Origin: Mytilus edulis
Lineage: Eukaryota
NCBI RefSeq assembly: GCF_963676685.1
Contig: NC_092346.1
Span: 68,324,001 to 68,388,000, forward strand
DNA: 64,000 nucleotides
Direction: 5' to 3'
A program made the translations under genes and the position numbers. Of this stretch, positions 1 to 13,000 are shown piece after piece; position 1 is the first letter of the stretch, and every line of letters starts with the position of its first letter. The notes beneath the pieces were generated by a model that was given only the letters and a program-made list of their open reading frames with translations, had not been told where the DNA came from and made no database searches.

Positions 1-383
1 TAGGGGTTTAGTATCATACTATCATAAAATATATGAGAAGAACATAACCCGTGTCATGCCAACAACTGTTTTTTTAGAAATAAATGTGTTTAGTTCCGAT
101 GCAAAGACCCTATCAGTGAATCAATGTTAAATCCAAAATATGCAATCTTTAATGACCTGACAACAGTATCGTAACTATATCCCCTTTTAATAAGTCTATT
201 TAAAGGTTTTGTTAGTTTCTGAGGAGAATACTGACATTTTTGTGCTTTATAAAGAATATTTCCATAAAATTTTGGATGTGAAATACCTGAACGTATAAGA
301 TGTCTGCATGTTGAGTTATATTTACGAATTATTTCCTTATACCGGTGATAAAATTTAGTAAATGTTTTGACCAGTTTGTGATA
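1..383 (-). mobile_element. Second Naiad-type retroelement copy (RT C-terminus, stop, SECIS 5' arm), cut by window start
   Basis: Reverse complement closely matches 33920-34316 and reads HKLVKTFTKFYHRYKEIIRKYNSTCRHLIRSGISHPKFYGN...SLHRN*, followed by ATGATAGTATGATACTAAACCCCTA; 5' truncation abuts an (AT)n run at 381-403. Confidence 0.85.
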
Positions 384-575
384 TATATATTAGCATATAT
401 ATATCCTTTCATTCACATCAACATTGAAATTACCTTGAAATCATTGGATCATTAATAGAGATAAACATGAAGGCTTCACAATTTTTTGACAATTAGATAT
501 TCAGATACACATACAATAGCATTCCAAGTATCAATGGTATATCATAAAACACCGACATTCTTCATAAATATGTCT

Positions 576-2498
576 CAGGGGTCACCACACTTCAAAATTG
601 TAGGGAGAAGTCACTTCGCTTTGGCAGCCAAACAGGGAGAAGTGAAGACTCAACAGGGAGACTTCAGGGAGAAGTGAAGGCCCAACAGGGAGACTTCAGG
701 GAAAATCCACAGATCGCGTTTATACTTTTTATGAATAAATTTTTTTAAGAATCTATACCTTTTTGTTACTTTTCTAATCATTTTTGCATGACAATTGCTA
801 AGGAAGTACATTCTGTAAGTCCTAGTTTTCCCATGCTTTGTAGTCTGAAATACTTTTTTATTTATACCTATGCAAATTGTCAAAAAATATCATGACATAA
901 GGACCATAAGTTAATGGCATAAGAGCTATGTTTATTCTGGTAGGTCTGAATGAATTGAAGATTTGACATGGATCAAATTATGCTGCATTTCAAAGATTTT
1001 AAAATTAAACCAAGTCCAAGAACCTTTTAAAACAAAAATAATAATCAATTAAGAAAAGTTAAAATACGGTTTCACTGAGAGAGCCGTGGCATAGTGGTTA
1101 GTGCATCCGACTACTAACACAAAGGTTCCTGGTTCGATTCCCGTTTGGGATGAAAATTTCAGGAACTCAATTTTCAGCTCTCCCTTTACACCATCTGCGA
1201 GTATGGTCTTGAGGAAACAATGATAGTCCGTCAGAAGGGGACGATAAATGGCTGACCCGTGTTAAGAGAGAGACATATCTCTTGCACGTTAAAGACACCC
1301 TTGTAGATTTCGAAAAAGAGTAGGCTAATGCCGCTACAAAGCAGCACTTGCACCCGCAAAGTGGAAAGGGATTAATATAAGTTGCAAAACTTGTTTCCCA
1401 ATCCACTATAAATAAATATGTTTAAACTAAAACTGTCTTTCATAGCTTAAATTATGATTAAAAAATGTACTTGTTCTTAAAATAATATTTATTCAGAGAG
1501 AAATCTGTTTGACATGTGTTGAAAACGTAAAGTAAAACTGTTAATTTCAAATCATGAACATGTAAACGCACACGTTTGCAGTATTTTCATGGAAATGCCG
1601 ATTTCCAAAGTCAAGTTGCTGTTAGAAATGTATGTAATTGAATCTAAAACACTTCACAAGTGTTTAAATATATATGACTAAATCACAAAAAGTAACATCG
1701 GAAAAGTCTGGAATTGAAAAGGTACTTGTAAATCAAAAACAAATACGATTCGATCCGCGTCAAAATTCTTACTTTATATTTTTCAAAAATATATGACTTT
1801 AGAAGTAAATATTGTCGTTCCTAATCAAATAAATGAGCAGATATTCATTGAAATATTGTTTAAAGGACCTTTAGCTGAAATAAAGCAAAGCACATGTATC
1901 AGTCTGTAAAACAAAATCCTGAAAGAAAAACCGACTACGTTTTGTAGTTTATAATCGTTGTGCTGGTTCCCAGCAGTGTACTAAACTACGTACGTAGTAA
2001 TAATACAAGCGTATACCAGTTGATAATATTTCGTGTTTAAAAAGAAATCTGATTTTTTTTTAGGGGCATCACATATTGTCAGTAAATATAAGAAAATTAA
2101 AATTAAAAGTCCATATCAATATGGATAAGTTAAATGATGAGAGTTGAAAAGATAAAATGGCACCATCTACAATTTTCAATAACAAAGATGGTGGACAATA
2201 AACAACAAAATCGAGATTTTTCTTTTTTCTTGCTTTTAGTACAACTGGGCAAGCAATTTTTATCTTGAAGTATGATACTATCCCAGAGAAATCAGTTCTG
2301 AATTTGGGGAAAACATGCTTTGTATTTCAATACATAATGGTCGTTAACGTTTGAATCGAGAATTTCTCAGTAAACATGAGGCGACATTGGGGAATTTTAC
2401 TGAAAATCGAGGGTGACATAAACTTCTCCCTGGAGCTTCTCTAGAGAGAAGTAGGAACCTAGAGCGACAAATCACTTAGCCTGGTGTGGTGACCCCTG
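576..2498. mobile_element. Non-autonomous hAT-like DNA transposon, 15-bp perfect TIR CAGGGGTCACCACAC
   Basis: TIRs 576-590 and 2484-2498; subterminal cagggaga repeats 630-700; TSD degenerate (atgtct/tagtct). Confidence 0.75.
1081..1430 (+). mobile_element. tRNA-headed SINE with Deu/Nin-like central domain, nested in the hAT-like element
   Basis: A box TGGCATAGTGG (1087), B box GGTTCGATTCC (1131); central gtccgtcagaaggggacgataaa...cttgcacgttaaaga...ttcgaaaaagagtagg. Confidence 0.75.
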
Positions 2499-2719
2499 TA
2501 GTCTAATCAGGAATCTTTAAATAAAAGTGTAAAAAAGCAGAAAGAACTGAATTTAACTAACCAGTATACTGTTTATATCTGGCATCAATATGTACAGATG
2601 CAACATTGGTGTACAGATGCAACATTGGTGCACCAACTACTTATGATCTATTGTAAGTACTTATACATTAACCCATCTAAAAATTTTAATTGATGCATGA
2701 CAAACCAACAGACCGATGC

Positions 2720-3861
2720 CAGGGCCGTAAATTGTCTTCCCTATAAGGGGAGGCAGTTGAGGTGCGCCAAGCAGAGTTAGGCGAAAAATTTTGTGGACCT
2801 TTTTATGCAGAAAATGCAATGTACTTCCCCAGAATTCACCTCTTGTTAAATTTATGTAATATTTCAATAAATAAGCGCCTGGAATATATTGGAAATATTT
2901 ATTATCCAAAGTTAGATAACGTGTGCGGTTAAAGTAAGATCTTTTTTATCCTTTGTCCTGCTTAATGACTATTCAAAAGCTATTATTACTAAGTTTTAGG
3001 GAACCAATATTGAGGTGCGCCAAGCAGAGCTAGGCGAAAAATTTTGTGGACCTTTTTATGCAGAAAATGCAATGTACTTCCCCAGAATTCACCTCTTGTT
3101 AAATTTATGTAATATTTCAATAAATAAGCGCCTGGAATATATTGGAAATATTTATTATCCAAAGTTAGATTACGTGTGCGGTTAAAGTAAGATCTTTTTT
3201 ATCCTTTGTCCTGCTTAATGACTATTCAAAAGCTATTATTACTAAGTTTTAGGGAACCAATATGCGTACTTAAAATGAAATGCCCCCTGAAGTTGAATTT
3301 TTTTTTTTATGGTTTATAAGGTTTTTTGACTGTCCAAATGGAGCTATTTTACATCATTTCAGACACACAACTTTCAAACCTTAAAATGAAAATGCATACT
3401 TAACAAAACTTTAATTATCAAATTCAAATCATTATAGCATAACTCAGTTTGTTTACACTGAAAGTTTTATTCGGTTAGGCTTTGTCAAATGCTAAAGGAA
3501 TTTTTCTGTGCCTGGTCGAATCCCATCTCTTTAGCACTTATATGCATTCAATATTGCAACATTGTGACTTCTATGTAGATGTATGTGTTGCATAGAGAGA
3601 CTACACAATCTGCTTTCCGTCATTGTTCACCTGTTCCATGTTTTAATTGCGTGACATTGCTTTCCAATGCTTGCTCTATCGAATATTTTTACTCAACCTC
3701 CTTAATAAGCGTAAGAGTAACAACAAGTACTATTAAAATAAAGTATGATTTTAACCATTTGTTTGTTTTTCAGTGTTTTTTTCTACATTTTTTCTCTTTT
3801 TTTATCTCGGTTTGCAATAGGAGGCAACTGCCTACATGCTTCTATGTAATTTACGGCCCTG
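2720..3861. mobile_element. CAG-terminated MITE with 5-bp TSD gatgc (hAT5-like)
   Basis: TIR CAGGGCCGTAAATT / AATTTACGGCCCTG, gatgc on both flanks. Confidence 0.75.
2758..3263. repeat. 253-bp near-perfect tandem duplication inside the MITE
   Basis: 2758-3010 vs 3011-3263; only two substitutions noticed. Confidence 0.9.
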
Positions 3862-3935
3862 GATGCACAGACTGGAAAACATAATGACCCTTACTATCAT
3901 TGGCGAAGAATAAAAATTAGAATAATAAAACTGAC

Positions 3936-4087
3936 CTTGTAATAATGATTGCACATGGGCTGAAGCTATTTTTGATTGTCCATTATCTGGTTCTCTTTGT
4001 TTATTAATTGACAGTCGCAAGGTATCATCGTAAAATAAAAATGTAATGAAATCATCTTCATAACTTTCAATAATCCATTCTGTCAAA
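3936..4087 (-). CDS. KNL1: KNL1 exon, start of C-terminal RWD (Mis12-complex binding) domain
   Basis: SLTEWIIESYEDDFITFLFYDDTLRLSINK fits the KNL1 RWD-N pattern as I recall it (LxEW...FTFxYDTxxLxI); tttcag/gtcagt. Confidence 0.87.
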
Positions 4088-7000
4088 CTGAAATAAATGT
4101 AAAAATTACCGGTATGATTTAAAATAAACAAGTGAATCTGTGAGCTACTGCTGTGAAGCTGCCTTCCTCAGAGTATGAGGTAAACAAGAAGTTGTTGAGT
4201 GATAAATCTGAAAACATTTCACACTGTATAGTAAAACCAAGCAAAACTGATTAAAAATACAAACTATTCAAATGAAATTCCTCATTTCTGTTGTGAGGAC
4301 TTATCAATTTTATGTATTAAGTAAAATACTTTGAAGACCTGTTGGTGACCCTCTGCTGTTGTTTTTTATTTGGGCGGATTGTTGTCTCTTTGACACATTC
4401 CCCATTTCCATTCTCAATTTTATTTCAATTTTAAATTGTATCATGCTACATATTATTCATGCATTTTTTCCCCAAATATACCAAAAAAATTATGGTCTGA
4501 TAAAACAGTACAATAAAATATCAATTTCTGCAATAGTCGAAAACATCCAAATTTGCAAGATATTTCTTAATAAAGTCATGTTAGTGTATTTACCTTTCAA
4601 GGGTATCAAATTTTTCCTCTAATTCTTGAATTTCCAGTTGTACCATTATATTGTCATCTGTCTCCTCTTCATTGTTTATAATTTCTTCTTCTCTCTGTAG
4701 TTTTGATTTTTCTGTCTGTAGGTTCAGTTTTTCTCTATTTAACATAAATTTCATGTTAGTCATTATATAACTATCAGATCAAATATCAAAATCTAATCAC
4801 AAATCTTTAAATAACATTATCTATATATACATCTAGGAATATGTCAGAGACAACAACCTGGCCAAAGAGCAGATAACAGTCAAAAGCCACCAATAGGTCT
4901 TCAACCTAGGGGGGAAATCCTGCACACCCTTAGGTGGGCCTCAGCTAGCCCCTTAATAAAAAAAATTATGCTAGCATGTCAGAAACTCACCAATACCCAA
5001 ATTAGGTATACTTGTATGATGACAATGAAGCAATTTTCGAATTTAATTTCCTCTTGTAAACCCTAAATACTGATATTTACATGCATATTGCAAAATCTTC
5101 CAAAACTTTAGACCATGTTGATATAAAATTTGAGATTAAATTTGCATTTTATCATCAAATGATAATCATGATAATGGATTGTAGATATTTTACAAGATTT
5201 TTGCTAAAAAATGTTTGAAAGAATATCATTTGTTGAATTTATGTGAATATGCAGAGGTCTCATATTTTGTCTTCAATTTAATTCTCACAAGTCGTTGAAA
5301 CTAGTTGCTAACCATGTGAGACCCTCATGGGTATTTTAGTTCATTTATAGCGAACCCTATGATAGTTTTCCATAGATTCACCTGCAAGTTACCTGTCGAC
5401 TTAAACTTTTGGCAGTTCTATTGTCCCATCTAACAAATACAACAGGTATTGTTCTCTGTATAGTTTATTCACCAGGACCTTTAAATTTCTTCCAAGAGAA
5501 AGCTATCACTCAATGATTAATTTACCTGAACAAAAAATTGAACTGTCAATGATGAAAAAATACTAATACCAATACTAAGTAAGGACTCACAAAACTGCAT
5601 GTGGTGTTGTATTTATTCAATACCAAAAACTCGTTTTTAATGTGTTCAATATTAACAATGATTAATACTGATTTAAAAATTAAAAGTTGATTTTATATGA
5701 TTATTTTTAAATTAAGGTCTTCATAAACATAGTCTATAAATTAACAACAACAAAAACATGCAAATTCATTGGAAAATACTAAAAAATGTGTCTAAAAATT
5801 AACTTTTTATTATTAAATTAGATTTTATATTGAACAGATTGAAAATATATTAATGATATATTGAATAAATACAATATTGCATAGAGTGGGGTGCTCATTT
5901 TCGCCACATCTTTCCATGTTTTCTACAGTTTATGTTCAGGTCTAAATGTTTTTGAAGTATACCGATATTTCTATATGAAGATAACTTCAAATGCAAAATA
6001 TACTTAAGCTTGAAAACCGGTTTGTTTTCAGAAAATCATCTGAAAAGTTAGATTAAAGAGTGTTTGAAATTTCCGGATGTTTTGTCAATGGGGGACACAT
6101 ATTCGCCGTTTTTACACTTCTATTTAAAACCAAATAACCGCAGCTTTTAACAATTTTTATCAAATCAATTGCATAATAGATGAATAGCAGACATTTCAAA
6201 GGTATTTAAGAATTCAAAATTAGGGCATTCAGTCAAATATTTACTTAGAAATACTTCTTTGAAATCGTGTTTTTTATTCAGGAAATTGTCCGAAAATCGT
6301 TGTCCGTTTTTCGGTTATTTTCGGTAGGAGCCGCAATTTTGTCAGAGTTTAAAAAAATATCATATTTGTTATAAAAATATAATTTACGGGTACATTTCTA
6401 CCATTTCAGCCATCCTTTGAAGTTTTTACACCTCAAAATCCTTAAACGGCGAAATTGTGTCCCCGGCGAAAAATGAGCACCCCACTCTACAGTTTATGTG
6501 CGTTTATAGAAGTATTTCAATAAAAAAAAGATAATTTTTTGGTCAGGTAAATTAATCAATGTGATATATTTCTCCTAGAAGAAATTTAAAGGTCCTGGTG
6601 AATAAACTATACAGAGAACAATACCTGTTGTATTTGTTCAATGGGACAATAGAACTTATAAAAGTTTAAATGGACAGGTAACTTGCAGGTGAATCTATGG
6701 AAAACTATCCTAGGGAATAACAAACCCCTAGTTTAACTAAGAGGGAGAAAAAAAAATAATTAAAATGTGTATACCTCTCTAGATCAACTTGAGTTTCCTT
6801 TAATCCTTCCATTTCTGAAATAAATTTAAAAATATTTTGAAAAGAAAACAATTGTTATTTTAGTAATTTAAAATGCAATCTGTTACGTACATTGTCAGTA
6901 AGATATGGTAGGCGACTTAAATTATGTTATAGTATGAGACTCCCTCTGAGTGTTGTAAATGTAATTTAAGTGTGAATACACAGAAATGTCTTATCCATAT

Positions 7001-10000
7001 TTTGAATAAGAATAAGCTTCTTTTCCACCAGCAATACAGATTTAATTTGTTTGGTGTGAGTGTTGAAGACCGTACTTTGACCTGTAATGATTTCCTTTCA
7101 TAAATTGCGACTTGAATGGATATTTGTTTTATACGCACTGATACCACATCTTCTTATATTTAATTTATAGATATGATTCTTAACTACTGCTTCTGATGAA
7201 TGAAGGCACAAAACATGGAGAAAAGCTTACACTTAATATTTCTGTCAGATGATATGAAAATGGCAAAAAAGGTAGCTTTCACTTTTATATTGCTGAGGTT
7301 GAAGTTGAAGTTGATGTTTGATTTTTAATTTTCAAGTTCATCAAGTAGGTTGGAATTGACTGTTGAGAATTTCTCTGTTCAATTATAAGTAATGCCTGAT
7401 TTAACAATTTTTGCTGTGTTTATATGTTTCATATTTCACCTTCTAAATAGCTATTTTCAAGGTGAAATTAATGTAAATGCCTATACTGTGGATTCATTTA
7501 TTTTCGTGGATACCAATTTTCGTGGTTTGAGAAAAATTTACATGTTCGTGGATATTTAATTTCGTGGTTTTGTAAAGTCTGCATTCATTCCTGTAGAGAA
7601 TTTGTAATTTGTTGAACATTTAAATTCGTGGTTCCCTGGAACCCACGAAATCCACGAAAATTGGTATCCAACGAATATTAATGAATCCACAGTAAATAAG
7701 AATTATGAATTTGTATGTCACACTGGTAATAAGAAGATAACTGTTAACATGTCACCCGTAGACTTAATTTGCCACCATCCAATCACCAATTGATGCCGTT
7801 GGAGCTAATAATACAAAATTGTTATTTCAATTCTAATGTATCTAACAACGTCAAATCATACATATAAGTCTGTCATAATTCGTCTACATTAGTGCATACG
7901 TTTTCATAGCAAAATGTATATTGATGCCATGAAATTTGGTGACGTTATCTAATCAAAAAGAACATTACAAACAGTGTTGCATTAGAAATCCATGTATAAT
8001 TCATTTCTTGAAGTCTAACAACTATAACAGGATCACATCACTGTAGTTTTCATTACTCATCTAGCTTTTGGATAAAAAATGCAACAGGCCATTAATCAAA
8101 ACTACATCCCTTCCAAACTTACCTTGTTCTTTTTGTTTAACTTCTTGATCTAATGAATTTAGATATTCTATGTCTTCTGGTTCTGGTAGAGGTTTCTGCT
8201 CTAATTCTAGGATCAATTTATCTAACTGATTTGAAACTGAAATATTAATAAACAAAGTTTAAAAACCAAATATGAATACATATGATGAACCAAACAGAAC
8301 AAATATTTAGATACATACAAAGTTAGTCATGGTTACAGGCAACCAGATCAAACTTTGTACATTGAAAATACTTTGCTGTTTACATTCAGATTAGTATTTC
8401 TAGGGATTTCTTTATAGTTTCATTTAATCAGAAGAAAAACAACTCATTCATGACCCCATTGCTTCCTATATTAATTCCTGCAATTCCATGTCAAAACAAT
8501 GCCATATCAAGGTGTGTTATGAAAAAAAATCACATCCCTCAATTGCATTTAAGAGAGGACAGAAGTATAAAACTAAATGAAGAATGCCCCTTATCAAGCC
8601 CTATATTAGTGGCCTCTATACCTTAAATTACAGAAGATTACAAAACTAGTAATAAAACATTGACAGAGAGGAAAACTCTTTTAGAAAAGTATGTCACAGT
8701 TGCAGGTGAAAATATCTTGTTCTAGATCAGAATTAAAACACAGTTAGAATCTTTATCAATGCCAACTATCTTTAACAAATGGTCAGACAACAAAAAATAA
8801 ACTTCGAACTTATATTCATTTTTACCATTTGACAACACTGATAGCTCTTCTTGTATAGTATCACTAGCTTGAACCACTCCGTTTACTTCTTCACTCAATT
8901 TCTCACGTTTTTCCTGTAAATAATTAAAGTTGTAGTAACAAGAGGTGCGTAGTAGGAACATGAATTGTGCAACTGGATTTATTTAGACCATGAAAAATAA
9001 CTTTAAAAGATCAATAGTTGTTTACTTTTTATATTTACGGGTAAACCATGGCTGGCAATGAAAACAATATTCTGCATTTCTCAATAAAAACAAATAAATA
9101 AAACATTTGAAAACACCCCTTTTTTCAAAAGATACTATGATTTAGAAATTTCAGGAAAATTATTAATCAGAGAAGCAGCAACAAAGCATTTCATCAAGAA
9201 CAAATGTTTCATATAATTACAATACTAAAAGATTTCAAGCTATACTAAATAAATACCTTTATAACGTCATAAAATTGCTCATGGCAATGTAATTTCATAT
9301 CTTTCCACTTCTTATCCACTTGTTTTGAACAATATTTTCTCATAACAGTTACTTTTTCTTTCATTTCATATTTCTGAAAGAAATAAAAGTAAGCTCTCAC
9401 AAGACATGTTTTTAATAAGAAATGTCTAATATTTAGAACATTCAATTTAGTTGGACTTGATTTATAGATGTACAATATTGGAGGTTGCCAGGTAAGTTTC
9501 AGATTAGTTTCTTCTATTCAATATCATCATAAATCTACAAGAATCATTTGTTGCTGAGGTCTTGTCTGTAAGTGATATTCTTTAATTGACTGATTAATTG
9601 TTGGTGTTTATTACCACTTTCAGCTGACTTTGCAAATGATTTTCATTGTTATGGAGGAAGCTGGACAACATGGACAGAATATCTGGCCGTTAGCAGGTAC
9701 ATTTTGTAAATTGCAAACCTAGTTTAATTTAGATTTAAGTTGAATTTAAGCGGTTTTGGACATTTTGATGTTTTGCAAGAAGTGAAACCCTAACGCCAAT
9801 ATGAACATTTGAAGGGTGATATTCTGTAGATTTACAATACTTTTTAATTTTTAAATTCAAGTAGCCAAAACAGTGGCTTGGTTATACCTTCTCCATTGAT
9901 ATTTTTCAATCAATTAGTCATCCTTGTCATTCCCTGGCCTTTAGACTATTATTGTAAGTCAGTGTAAATTACCATACATATAACAAACTTCCAAATTTGT

Positions 10001-13000
10001 TTTTGTTTCCAGTATAAACGCTAATGTTTGCTGTCAACAACAATAAAATGTGTGAATTTGTTACTGGCTTTAAATTTGTGATGTTTTAAGTAAAAAAAGT
10101 ATGTGTAAATAATAGTTATGAATCTGCTTAATCTTATGCCACATATTAAAGACCAATAATAGATTCAACAAATTTCTTCGGTCTGACAACTTGGTTACAT
10201 TGTATAACGTTTTACTGTATACCTGTTCTTCTGATCCCTTCATACCCACATCAAACACTGCTGGCTGCTCCTCTTTAATAGTGTCAAGTAGTTCTTTTGT
10301 CTGTGGTTTTAACCTAAGGAATATATATATTCAACAATAGGTTTTGATACTTGAAATTAACATTGAAAGCTGCCAAAATAACTATGGCACTCAGAAAAAT
10401 TTACATATGTTTCTTTCGATAATTCATAATCCCTTTTCTACTTCAAACAACCAAAATAATCCCAAATCCCTAGTTTAGCCAATGGACAATTAATTTAAAT
10501 CCAGAAACAACAACATGAAAATCCCTAAAACCCATCTTATCCAACAGTCATTTGAGTATATCACCCATTCCATCAGGGGAGGTAAACTACAGTACTTAGA
10601 TTGAAAGTCTATTATCATCTAACTTACACAGACAATTTCTCTTTAGCTTGTTCTATCACTGTATTGTATACACTGATGTATGGTTCATGGACATATTTTG
10701 CTTCAATCTGACCCCTGATGCTGTCTTTATCTACTTTCTACAAGTAAAAAAGCGTTAAATTATAAATAAGATTATAAGTCAAAATTAACATGATTATCTG
10801 TAGATCTTCAACATATATACTAATGGGGTTTTTTTCTGTTGTGCTAGAAGTTTTGGAATTCATGTACATATTTTTTTTATCATATATATACAGTATTTTA
10901 ACTCTTAACTTTGGGATGAGAAAATCTACAGAATATTCAGCTAAATGATTAAAAATTGTAGAGCAGCATGCAGACCGATACATTGTGAAAGCTGTTACTG
11001 TTTTTAATTTTGAAAAGTCGACTTTAAAAAAAAACAAGACTTAGAAAATATAAAGAGATAGGTATCAGATTGGAATGGTCAAATGTCTTACTTTTAATGT
11101 GGCAATGCTCTGTCTTGCCATTTGACTCCTTTCTTTCAACCAAAATGGTACTATCACATTGATCCTCCTACAGAAATGTTCTACTGTCATGGAACCATCA
11201 TCACTGTCATTCATCTACAAAATAGTAACAAATTATCATAGAACAAACAGGGTGAAACTTGTAAGAATATCAATCATATATCCTCTGACAAAGTCTAAAT
11301 CAAACACTTTTTCATCACAGAAGACATGAAATAAATTCAGGTTGGCAATTATATAAACAAATTGCAGTGAATGAGTAACTTTGCAAAAGATCAAGACCTA
11401 CAGATTTTAACGTTAAATATTCTCTATAAAAGTAATTCAGCTATTTTAATATACTAATGAAATTTATCTACCATTTTGAGTTCAAACACTGTGTGTGGAA
11501 GGTGCATTCAACTCCAAAATCTCAATTGACTAGGAATGTTAGTTTTTTATAAAGCCAATAGTGTTGAAAGTGGTATTAATCACCAACAATCAATCATCTT
11601 TTCTGTTGGTTTATTTTTTAGCTTTTGGTTGCTGTCTTATAGGTATATATTCCACATGTGTATTAAAGCTTTTGGTTGCTGTCTTATAGTTATATATTCC
11701 ACATGTGTATTAAAGCTTTTGGTTGCTGTCTTATAGTTATATATTCCAAATGTGTATTAAAGCTTTTGGTTGCTGTCTTATAGGTATATATTCCACATGT
11801 GTATTAAAGCTTTTGGTTGCTGTCTTATAGATATATATTCCACATGTGTATTAAATCATATTGTTATAGAAAAAAACTATCTTCATGAGTAAAATATAAG
11901 TTCTATTCATAAGTTCTACCATAACACATAATGGCTGGGTGTCATGCTCTTTCAAAATTTAGTTCCATCAAGATATTACTTTGTACTGGTTACTTGAATT
12001 ATTTCTAAAAATAATAAATAAACAGTGTATGAAAGTTTTAAACTATAGTGTAAGAAATGTATAGGACTAAAATATTGACCATAGATTGTTTAAGATAATC
12101 CTCCATATTTATCTCAATGATAGATCTTGACCCACTACTACATGTGAGATTAGAGTGGCTACTATCAGACTCTATGATAGCACCACTGCTAGAGGTCAGG
12201 TTCAGCTGGTAGTTTGTTGTTTCGGGTGGAACACTTGATATTGTAGTACTGGTCAACAGTTCAGCTGGCATATATATATCTGTTATTCCACCTGGTAACT
12301 CTGAAAATAGCAAAGAATTTTTGAATGAATAGAGTTATGTCTATCATGAAAGATTGTCTATTGTCTCAAGCTGCATTATGAGCAACCAGATCCCTTACCT
12401 AAATTTACTTTATATCTAGCTTTTGAAACAAATGGGTGTATGTGCTTGTCAATAATTCAAGAGCTTTAATATTAAAACAAGTAATAGATTTGAAATAATA
12501 AAATAGATCTTAAATAAGAAATGTGTCTGTCTTTCGTTAAGTTCTGTACTACATTTTTTAAAAGTAGTAAGCTTATTTGTATTAAATTTCCTGAAAACAT
12601 TATTTTCAATCAGAGTTGAAATTAAAGCTTATAATAGATAAACAGTTGATTTCTTAAATGTTATGATATACATCTATATAAATTTAATTAAAAAAGAACA
12701 CAAAATTCTTTTTAACAATGAACCAATGGCAATGCATTGCAATTCTTTTTAGAAATAGATATGTATCCCTTTGACACTATAAATATTTTTTGTATATAAT
12801 TTGATTGGATAAGTTAACAAATCTTAACAACATTCTTGCCTTTACTAATGAGATGGTCAAAGTCTTCTAATCAATAACTAACATACTTTGTTTTTATTTC
12901 AATTATCTTATGTCTAATTAAGAAGGAAATTTACAATATTTAGCCCCAGGTTATAAATTGTACTCCAGTGGCAGTTAAATAATCTGTAATTGGGGTGGTT

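Noticed and set aside
1081-1152. tRNA gene
   Set aside because: A and B boxes are present, but there is no proper acceptor stem and the sequence runs into a SINE body; treated as a SINE head.
430-2680. Further KNL1 RWD exons left of 3936
   Set aside because: Candidate acceptor near 2677 hits a stop after 9 codons and the donor-like site near 433 has no convincing acceptor; the remaining exons probably lie outside the window.
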